From positions 1 to 13,624 of the forward strand of contig JAUWKS010000079.1 in NCBI GenBank assembly GCA_030614005.1: a DNA stretch of 13,624 nt, read 5' to 3'. Below the pieces are notes generated by a model. That model worked only from the letters and a program-made list of their open reading frames with translations. It did not search any database and was not told the origin of the DNA. The stretch is from Candidatus Heimdallarchaeota archaeon. Its GTDB lineage: Archaea > Asgardarchaeota > Heimdallarchaeia > JABLTI01. Position numbers and translations under genes: made by a program. This document shows, piece by piece, positions 6,791-13,624 of the stretch; the first letter of the stretch is position 1, and each line of letters starts with the position of its first letter.

Positions 6791-7948
6791 ATGTCCAAGA
6801 AAAGCAACAAGTCCAAAGAAGAAAAATCAGCAGATATGGTTGTTACCCCCTGGGAAGTTAGTGGTATTATTGATTATAAAAAACTGGTAAAGAAATTTGG
6901 AACAACTCTGCTATCCGATAAAGAAATTGAAACGATGCAAGAATATGGTAAAGGTGAATTACATTTACTATTAAGAAGAGGTTTATTCTTCAGTCATCGA
7001 GATTTTGATTGGATATTGAAGATGCTTGAAAAAGGAGAGAAATTTGTTCTTTACACAGGCAGAGGACCATCAGGACATACACATTTAGGACATCTTGTTC
7101 CATGGATTTTCACAAAATGGTTACAAGATATTTTTGATGTCGAATTATATTTTCAGATGACAGATGACGAGAAGTTTTTGTTTAATCAAAATCTTTCTTT
7201 TGATGATACGAGGAATTTTGCCTTTGAAAATGCAAAAGATGTGCTTGCTGTAGGTTTTGATCCGAAGAAAACACATTTCATTTTCGATTCACGCTTAACT
7301 CCGGCAATGTATAGAATTGCTACTGAAGTATCAAAAAGAGTTACTTTTTCAACAGCAAAAGCAGTATTTGGTTTCTCCAATGATTCAAATATTGGTATGA
7401 TATTCTATCCATCAATTCAAGCGATGCCTTGTTTTCTTCCATCTGTTCTAAAAGGAGAAAATGTTCCTATTCTTATACCAGCTGCAATAGATCAGGATCC
7501 TTATTGGAGGATAACTCGAGATGTTGCACCAAAACTTGGTTACTACAAACCAGCAGCCATTCATTGCAAATTTTTCCCCGGTTTAGCTGAAGGAGGTAAA
7601 ATGTCTGCTTCACAACCTGATACTTGTATCTTTACTACAGACACACCCAAACAGGCGAAAAAGAAAGTTATGAGTGCTTTCTCGGGTGGCCGAGCAACCG
7701 TAGAGGAACAAAGAGAACTTGGTGGTGAGCCGGACAAATGTATAGTTTACCAGTATGAGTATTATCTCTTTGAACCTGATGATGAGAAATTGAAACAAAT
7801 GAGAACTGATTGTTTAGGTGGTAAATTACTCTGTGGTTTTTGTAAAAAGAATTTAGCAGAAAAAGTTTACCAATTTATTGCGGAACATCAAGAACGTAGA
7901 GATAAAATATCAAAAGAAATGATTGAGAAAATGATTATCAAAGAATAG
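6791..7948 (+). CDS. trpS: Tryptophan--tRNA ligase (archaeal/eukaryal type)
   Basis: VTPWEV N-terminus, YTGRGPSGHTHLGH (HIGH), QMTDDEK, IDQDPYWR, KMSAS (KMSKS), AFSGG, CGFCK. Confidence 0.98.
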   Translation: MSKKSNKSKEEKSADMVVTPWEVSGIIDYKKLVKKFGTTLLSDKEIETMQEYGKGELHLLLRRGLFFSHRDFDWILKMLEKGEKFVLYTGRGPSGHTHLGHLVPWIFTKWLQDIFDVELYFQMTDDEKFLFNQNLSFDDTRNFAFENAKDVLAVGFDPKKTHFIFDSRLTPAMYRIATEVSKRVTFSTAKAVFGFSNDSNIGMIFYPSIQAMPCFLPSVLKGENVPILIPAAIDQDPYWRITRDVAPKLGYYKPAAIHCKFFPGLAEGGKMSASQPDTCIFTTDTPKQAKKKVMSAFSGGRATVEEQRELGGEPDKCIVYQYEYYLFEPDDEKLKQMRTDCLGGKLLCGFCKKNLAEKVYQFIAEHQERRDKISKEMIEKMIIKE

Positions 7949-7951
7949 TCA

Positions 7952-7983
7952 TCTCTAGTTTTCTACCACAGAAAAACTGGAGA
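7952..7983. terminator. Long hairpin at the convergent trpS / PHP junction (possible bidirectional terminator)
   Basis: TCTCTAGTTTTCT-ACCAC-AGAAAAACTGGAGA: about 13 bp stem with one bulged A and one G:T pair, overlapping the PHP stop codon. Confidence 0.45.
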
Positions 7984-8601
7984 ACATTTTCCTTTTTTGA
8001 TTTGTTCTATTAAATCCTGAATGGTCTTAATAGGTACAGAAAATCGTGTCACACACTTACCAACTTGTGTATGTATATGAGAATCACTTCCACCTACCAA
8101 GGGTAAATTTAATGTTGCAGCAGCTCCTTTAGCCAATTCATTAGAAAGTTGAGTTCTTGAACCATTTATTTCAATAGCATCAATTTCTAAATCATAAATA
8201 AGATCACCAACACCAAGATAATCAAATGGATGAGCTGAAATAGCGATGCCACCTTCTGAATGAATCATTTCAATCACCTTATGAGCATCTAAATAGGGAG
8301 TAGGGGGAGAAGAGATACCATAGGCTAAAATATCACCTTGAGCGGTTGAAATTTCTACTGATGGAACAAGAACACCAATCTGATATTTATCATAGAGTGC
8401 TTGAATGGTTTCCTCGGAATAGTTGTGAATGTAATTATGTTCTGTAACAGTAATTGCATTTACTTTACCCATCAGTTCATTTAATGTTTCATCAAGAGTA
8501 ATCCTAGCACATGAAGAGTAACTAGTGTGAATATGCATATCGACTAAAAAATCAGTTGAACGAGGTACCTTTGATGTTCTTTGCAAATTTTTCAGATTCA
8601 T
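7963..8601 (-). CDS. PHP-family metal-dependent phosphoesterase
   Basis: DMHIH (H23, H25), TEHN (H55), VE (E83), AHPF (H124), IEING, GGSDSH (D173, H175). Confidence 0.92.
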   Translation of the reverse strand: MNLKNLQRTSKVPRSTDFLVDMHIHTSYSSCARITLDETLNELMGKVNAITVTEHNYIHNYSEETIQALYDKYQIGVLVPSVEISTAQGDILAYGISSPPTPYLDAHKVIEMIHSEGGIAISAHPFDYLGVGDLIYDLEIDAIEINGSRTQLSNELAKGAAATLNLPLVGGSDSHIHTQVGKCVTRFSVPIKTIQDLIEQIKKGKCSPVFLW

Positions 8602-8640
8602 TTGAAACTCTAACCTAATGTTACAAGTACTTCGTTTTTT

Positions 8641-9108
8641 TTACAAAAAGATTATCCTATTTCCACCCAACTTCTTTGCTTTTTTCAATGCTTTGTGAGC
8701 TAATCTTTGTGCTTGACCTTTAAACAATCGTCTTGACCATTGATATGGACCAGTAGGTCGAATTGGTGTGTATGGTCCTCGAGATACTCCTATACTCAGC
8801 GATGCATCACAACCACAATTTTGACCCACATTGTTAATCTCAGTTATAATATATTCGAGGTCATTGATGATCTCTTCATGAGCAAGAGCACCTGTCAAAC
8901 GTAACATGCATTCTTCCGTGCCGTGTTTTTCATCTAAACCATAAATTACTTCTCCAAGGTGCTTTCGAACGAATTTTGTGATTAAAGAAGTAAGTGAACC
9001 TGTAATGTCATTTGGTTTGTAGGCAACCCAACCTTGATCCTCAGAGATCTTCTTGAAGTTGTCTAGGTCAATGAAAATTACCAATTCTTCAACAGTTTGG
9101 AAAGTCAA
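8641..9108 (-). CDS. Stand-alone GGDEF-like (nucleotide cyclase fold) protein with GTEEC signature
   Basis: IDLDNFKKI (cf. DIDxFKxIND), GTEEC in place of GGDEF, SLSIGVS, AHKALKKAKKLGGNRI (cf. ADxALYxAKxxGRNRV). TTG start with GAAGGTG SD at 9114-9120. Confidence 0.82.
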   Translation of the reverse strand: MTFQTVEELVIFIDLDNFKKISEDQGWVAYKPNDITGSLTSLITKFVRKHLGEVIYGLDEKHGTEECMLRLTGALAHEEIINDLEYIITEINNVGQNCGCDASLSIGVSRGPYTPIRPTGPYQWSRRLFKGQAQRLAHKALKKAKKLGGNRIIFL

Positions 9109-9246
9109 TTGTGCACCTTCGAGTTCTATTTTTAAACTTTCACAAAAAGAATGCCAAAATAGCTAATAAGTGTTTTGCGAGTTCTCGAATCTTGAAAATT
9201 ATTTTTTACTAAAAAAATGATGATTTTTGTTTTGAAATTCAACCGC

Positions 9247-9262
9247 TATCAATGAATTGATA
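9247..9262. promoter_or_regulatory. Palindromic candidate operator in the divergent intergenic region
   Basis: TATCAAT-GA-ATTGATA, perfect 7-2-7 inverted repeat 36 nt upstream of ATG 9299. Confidence 0.35.
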
Positions 9263-9298
9263 AAGAAGCCGTATTTTTACAGCGAGAGGGATAGAAAT

Positions 9299-9553
9299 AT
9301 GTCTAGCCAAAGTAATGAGAAAATGAAAGCATACATCCTAATCAATGCAAAATTGGGAAAGACAAATGAAGTTCTTGCAAAACTAAAGAAAATACCAGGA
9401 ATTATTACTGTAGCGGTTATTACTGGAGAATATGATATTATTGTACGTGTTGAAACAGAAGATATGAATGAAATGTATAACCGAACACAAGAAGTCCATC
9501 TCATTGATGGTATTATTGAGACAACAACGTCAATCATACAAAAGGAATTCTAG
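9299..9553 (+). CDS. Stand-alone Lrp/AsnC ligand-binding (RAM) domain protein, no HTH
   Basis: KAYILINAKLGKTNEVLAKLKKIPGI..V..ITGEYDIIVRVE...EVHLIDGIIETTTSI is the typical AsnC-family C-terminal domain. ATG 9299 follows GAGAGGGA; the listed TTG 9257 extension is probably not translated. Confidence 0.9.
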   Translation: MSSQSNEKMKAYILINAKLGKTNEVLAKLKKIPGIITVAVITGEYDIIVRVETEDMNEMYNRTQEVHLIDGIIETTTSIIQKEF

Positions 9554-9591
9554 ACACTAGCTGTAGCAATTAATATGGATGGTGACCATTC

Positions 9592-10998
9592 TTGGCAGAC
9601 AGAACAACAAGACCATTCGGTAAAATTAGCAGAAAATATACCTTCATAATTTTAGCTGTTTTGTCAGGGATAATAGGAGCTATTTGGGTAGCTATTGATA
9701 CTTTTACAGGTTCTGCTATTGTACTCTCAAGTGATGGAACGACAAATGAGTACGTATTTGCCATTCAATCAATGTTAATTGGTATTGTAGTAAGTTTACT
9801 TTTCGCTTTAGTTTTGTGGATTCCCATTAGCAAAAAACCATGGGAAGAATTTTTTCATAAACTGAAATCAATAAAAGGGCAAACTACGAGTAGTACACAA
9901 ACAACACAAAAAGTAATTCAAATACAACAAACAATTACACCAACAGCAAAACGTAGATTTTCATATTTAGGGCAATATATCGACCCACAGTATCAGGGAA
10001 TTAAAATACCAACGAAAAAAATGTTTCTTTGGTTAAGCCTTTCAGGACTTTTTTCCGGAGTGAATACTTTTGTTTATTTCATTCTCATAAAAGATATGGA
10101 TTTAGCTGTCTTTCTTCCTGCAGCTCAATTCGTTGTTGTTTATCTTTTAATAGGTGATTTAGTAATAGATAAGACAAAGCCTTGTGCTATTGAGATACAA
10201 TCGATAATTATGATTGTTTTAGGTGTCATTCTTGCTGCGATTGACTTTACTAGTGGTGCCTTTGAATGGCAAAGTCTCCTCTTAGTATTTCTAGTGTTAA
10301 ATGTAAGTGCAGCAATCTACGTTATTTTTCAAAAGAAAGTTATAGAAACTAAAGATGCAAAAGGTCGTACATTGGATTCAACTAATACTAGGTTGTGGAC
10401 TTTATTATTTATGACATTCATCACGGTAGTTCTCTCATTACCTTTTATGAAACAAGCTGATTGGATCGTCTTTAGGTCCACTTTCGGATCGGCACTATTT
10501 CCAATTTCATTGGCAATGATTTTAGTGTATATTGCTAGAATTCTCTACGTTCGAGCTCTTTCTATGGGAAAAATGGCTATAGTTAACTCCCTTTCATCTG
10601 TTTCAGTTATTGTTGGGATACCAATAGCAATAATTGGAAACTTCATTTGGCCCGATTATTTTCTATTACCAACAGGTGAATATGCCTGGGCAGTTTGGTT
10701 ACTTAGAGGAATTGGAGTCATACTTGTATTTACGGGTATAGTTGGATTATCTATGAGTGAGGTGAAGATAATCGTTCTAGCAAAAGTAAAAGGAGGAATG
10801 GAATGGGATGGAGAAAAAATAAAAAGTATTTCAGGTGTAGAAAAAGTTGCTGCAATAACAGGAAAATATGATTTATTGATTGTTCTTCGCTTGAGAACAA
10901 TTGGTCGAGGATACCAACCAATAGTTGAGCAATTAGAAAAACTTCCATTCATTGCAGATATTAAATCTAATACTCTGCTCAAAGAATGGAATGCATAA
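9592..10998 (+). CDS. EamA/DMT-family transporter fused to a C-terminal Lrp/AsnC ligand-binding (RAM) domain
   Basis: About 10 TM helices in two EamA-like halves (e.g. EIQSIIMIVLGVILAAI and GIGVILVFTGIVGLS as last helices). Residues 390-466 contain IKSISGVEKVAAITGKYDLLIVL. TTG start preceded by TGGTGA. Confidence 0.8.
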   Translation: MADRTTRPFGKISRKYTFIILAVLSGIIGAIWVAIDTFTGSAIVLSSDGTTNEYVFAIQSMLIGIVVSLLFALVLWIPISKKPWEEFFHKLKSIKGQTTSSTQTTQKVIQIQQTITPTAKRRFSYLGQYIDPQYQGIKIPTKKMFLWLSLSGLFSGVNTFVYFILIKDMDLAVFLPAAQFVVVYLLIGDLVIDKTKPCAIEIQSIIMIVLGVILAAIDFTSGAFEWQSLLLVFLVLNVSAAIYVIFQKKVIETKDAKGRTLDSTNTRLWTLLFMTFITVVLSLPFMKQADWIVFRSTFGSALFPISLAMILVYIARILYVRALSMGKMAIVNSLSSVSVIVGIPIAIIGNFIWPDYFLLPTGEYAWAVWLLRGIGVILVFTGIVGLSMSEVKIIVLAKVKGGMEWDGEKIKSISGVEKVAAITGKYDLLIVLRLRTIGRGYQPIVEQLEKLPFIADIKSNTLLKEWNA

Positions 10999-11008
10999 TC
11001 ACTTTTTA

Positions 11009-13624
11009 TTAACCAGTATAGCGTAATGCTTCACTTGGAGGTATTTTAGATGCCCTTCTTGCAGGTAGAACTGCCGAAATTATCGACAAGAGTACTGTTA
11101 AACCAATAAATATCCCAAGGGTTCCCCACGGGATAATGAAATTGAAATCATACTGCTTAAGATATTGAGTATACATTCCATAACCAAGTACGAAACCATT
11201 AATGACTCCAATAACGAGACCAACAAATGCTACGGCAAAAATTTCAATGACCACAGCTGTAATGACTTCTGCACGTTGGAACCCAAGAGCACGCATCATA
11301 CCAATTTCTCTGGTTCTTTCAGATATTCCGCGTAAGGATACAACAATTAAACCCAAGACGCCAACCACTAATCCCAAGGAAACAAATGCTTGCATGAAAT
11401 TAATTGATTGAGATATAAGTTCAAGCAAAGACTCAATCCGATGTCTCAGACTGATAGTATCAAAATAATCCAATTTTGCTTCTATTTTGCGACTTATTTC
11501 TACTATTTGATTTGTATTTAACTTTGAATCAACAGAAATGAGAAAAGCGGTATCATTGTAACCTATTGAAGCAAATATCGGTGAATCCTCACTGGTGAAT
11601 AAGAAAGCAGAGAAGAGCATTGAGTAAGAAGTTGTTTCGACAAAAGCGGCAATAGTATAATTCGAGAGAGTAGTAACAGTATGAGTTTCATTTGATAAAG
11701 CAAAATCAATTCGAGGTATTGTAACCACATCGCCTACAGTTTGATTAACAAAATACTCTCCACTCGCGTCATCATAATTAAATTCCCTTAATAGATTTGG
11801 AAGTATAACATAATTATTTGCTACATTCATCGTTTCAATCCATGGATCACCTTCAAGTTCATCCCATACTTCTACAAACCGATACTCAGTCATATCAAGG
11901 AATTCTTGGTTAATACCCCACATATCAGTTGGAATAGGAACTTCGAACTCATATAAACCAGTAGCATTTTCCGTAGTGAATTTAATAAAAGTGACCGCCC
12001 CCGCTAATGAAAACAGAAATCTCATTCCGACGACTTCTTTAATATTTTCGTCTGCGGATTTAATGAGTTCAATAGGATCATCAATATCAGAAGATATTGG
12101 AAATGGTTGATAAGCAACAATATCTACTCCCCCTTCTTCGTTTTCAGCAAAATCAGCAAAACCTAAAGTAAAGCTTCCCGTGAACACAGCCAGAAAGACA
12201 TTCATAGTGAGAATAACACCAAATATTGCAAATGTTAATGCTGAGCGGGTTTTCTTTTTTCCAATATAACGCATTGAGATGATACCCAGAGCGCGTGTGG
12301 TTTTGATTTTTTGGAAAATATCGTTAAATCTATCCGATAACCACTCCAAGTTGAGAGCAACAAAGATGATTGTGCCGAAGACTAAACCCAACATTCCAAT
12401 TAAGAATGCATATAATGCCTGATCTTCTTGCACACCGATTTCACCCAGATATGGATTCAGCACAAGAACAGCCAGTAAACCTGCAACCATCCAAGAAAGT
12501 GCAAATCCATTATAAGATAACCTCTGATTGATAAATCGAGCTAGCGTAAAGCCTAACCCCATCAAAATTCCTAGACCACTTCCGATAAACATCATCCACC
12601 GCCAATCAGGAGTGATAAGCAAGGAAATTGTCATTGCTGTAATACCAGCTATTAAAAGAGCTGTTCCTAAATAAATTGACCAGTTGCCACTTCGGTTATT
12701 TGCTTTTGCGGATTGAATTTCATTTATCGTTTCAACAATATCTATACGAGAAGCTTTCCAAGCTGGATAGAGAGCTGCAAGTGAAGATATTAATATCCCA
12801 ATAGCAAACGAAATTATCAAACCAACGGGATTAACCATTAAGGGTATATTAGTAAGCACTTCACCAATATTCAAGAAATTTTCAAGTAGAAATATAATCA
12901 ATAAACCATTCAGTAATCCGCCACCAACACCCAATAATGACCCAATTCCACCCAATATTACACTTTCAGTTATTAATGTGGTTAGAAGTTGCTTTTGCGT
13001 CATACCTATTGCACGTAGGATACCAATTGAACGTTGTCGTTCATCTATATTCATCATTGTAATATTGAGAATAAGTAAAATACCAGAAATAATAATCAAC
13101 GAACCAAAAACGTACAAAACAATTCTGAAAGATTTTATAGAAGCAGCAACTTCTCTGAAAGCTTCGTGTTTTTGGGGGTCGACATTATATTTACCTCCGT
13201 CTTCTGCTCCTAGATCGGCTACTAATTTCTCTTCTAACATTGTAGTTACATTTAGAGCATTATCATTGCCTAAAGTAGTACTCACAACAATAGCATTAAT
13301 TTTAGAAGCGGATACATTGTAAATAGCTTGTGCAAGATCTAATTTAACAAAAATAACATTCCCTGCATCAAGAACTCCTTTGCCGGAAATATCTACTACT
13401 CCTTTTACGCGCAAAGTATAGAAGGAAAAGTTTCCTTGAGCATTGAGATAGAGAATTTGGATTGGAATTACAGCAGGCAATACTTTGATCTCATTAAATC
13501 CTGAATAATCGATATCAAAATCAATTAATGAGTCAGCTAAATTATTACCAATGAAACATTCTTTTCCCTCTAAACTACTGAAATTATTGTCATTATTTCC
13601 ATATTGGTCATCTAGAACAAAATC
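11009..13624 (-). CDS. FtsX/MacB-type ABC transporter permease with two repeats, 5'-truncated by the window edge
   Basis: Two FtsX signatures, ERQRSIGILRAIG and ERTREIGMMRALG, large extracellular domains, and C-terminal PARRASKIPPSEALRY. The frame is open from 13480 to 13624 (DFVLDDQYGNND...), so the real start lies beyond the window. Confidence 0.93.
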   Translation of the reverse strand, partial: DFVLDDQYGNNDNNFSSLEGKECFIGNNLADSLIDFDIDYSGFNEIKVLPAVIPIQILYLNAQGNFSFYTLRVKGVVDISGKGVLDAGNVIFVKLDLAQAIYNVSASKINAIVVSTTLGNDNALNVTTMLEEKLVADLGAEDGGKYNVDPQKHEAFREVAASIKSFRIVLYVFGSLIIISGILLILNITMMNIDERQRSIGILRAIGMTQKQLLTTLITESVILGGIGSLLGVGGGLLNGLLIIFLLENFLNIGEVLTNIPLMVNPVGLIISFAIGILISSLAALYPAWKASRIDIVETINEIQSAKANNRSGNWSIYLGTALLIAGITAMTISLLITPDWRWMMFIGSGLGILMGLGFTLARFINQRLSYNGFALSWMVAGLLAVLVLNPYLGEIGVQEDQALYAFLIGMLGLVFGTIIFVALNLEWLSDRFNDIFQKIKTTRALGIISMRYIGKKKTRSALTFAIFGVILTMNVFLAVFTGSFTLGFADFAENEEGGVDIVAYQPFPISSDIDDPIELIKSADENIKEVVGMRFLFSLAGAVTFIKFTTENATGLYEFEVPIPTDMWGINQEFLDMTEYRFVEVWDELEGDPWIETMNVANNYVILPNLLREFNYDDASGEYFVNQTVGDVVTIPRIDFALSNETHTVTTLSNYTIAAFVETTSYSMLFSAFLFTSEDSPIFASIGYNDTAFLISVDSKLNTNQIVEISRKIEAKLDYFDTISLRHRIESLLELISQSINFMQAFVSLGLVVGVLGLIVVSLRGISERTREIGMMRALGFQRAEVITAVVIEIFAVAFVGLVIGVINGFVLGYGMYTQYLKQYDFNFIIPWGTLGIFIGLTVLLSIISAVLPARRASKIPPSEALRYTG

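Noticed and set aside
6748-6861. 37-codon upstream ORF overlapping the trpS start, considered as a Trp-sensing leader peptide
   Set aside because: It contains no Trp codons and I saw no alternative hairpins. Its ATG does lie near the predicted transcription start, but nothing else supports translation.
7186-7798. Antisense ORFs 7186-7380 and 7610-7798
   Set aside because: Shadows of trpS.
6791-8601. Functional link between trpS and the PHP gene by analogy to E. coli trpH/yciV
   Set aside because: The genes are convergent and separated by a hairpin, and the E. coli name reflects position near the trp operon only.
8641-9108. Calling the GGDEF-like gene a canonical diguanylate cyclase or a Cas10 remnant
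   Set aside because: The guanine-binding Asn and the GG(D/E)EF signature are altered, and no cas genes or CRISPR repeats are present in the window.
9257-9298. N-terminal extension of the RAM protein from TTG 9257
   Set aside because: It overlaps the palindromic site and the SD of ATG 9299 and does not encode an HTH.
9277-10982. Antisense ORFs 9277-9537, 9570-9764, 10656-10982 and 10751-10948
   Set aside because: They overlap well-supported plus-strand genes and carry no motifs.
11202-13322. Plus-strand ORFs 11202-11411 and 12978-13322
   Set aside because: Shadows opposite the two FtsX repeats of the permease.
1-13624. CRISPR array, tRNA or rRNA
   Set aside because: Intergenic gaps are all under 200 nt and show no regularly spaced repeats or cloverleaf-like sequence.

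Overview
AT-rich archaeal chromosomal segment with 13 CDSs, two of them cut by the window edges. CDP-archaeol synthase, an archaeal/eukaryal-type TrpRS and GGTGA-type ribosome-binding sites show it is archaeal. A 7TM protein with a longin-like domain suggests an Asgard lineage (inference, no database search run). Gene order: 5'-truncated TnpB (IS200/IS605/IS607 type), ketopantoate reductase, catalytically dead Mrr-like protein, beta-CASP nuclease, carS, orphan membrane protein, 7TM-longin protein, trpS, PHP phosphoesterase, stand-alone GGDEF-like protein, stand-alone Lrp/AsnC ligand-binding (RAM) domain, EamA transporter fused to a RAM domain, and a 5'-truncated FtsX/MacB-type ABC permease. 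I saw no rRNA, tRNA or CRISPR array. The best leads are: (1) a GGDEF-like cyclase-fold gene with an altered base-specificity residue paired with a PHP phosphoesterase, a possible archaeal nucleotide second-messenger write/erase module; (2) a 7TM protein with GPCR-like topology fused to a longin-like domain; (3) a beta-CASP nuclease ending in a perfect PCNA-binding PIP box and lacking the RNA-type motif-C His; (4) an EamA-RAM fusion transporter with a partner RAM gene; (5) a TnpB with the Fanzor-like rearranged RuvC site. All functional proposals come from motif reading by eye and need HMM, structure and synteny checks.
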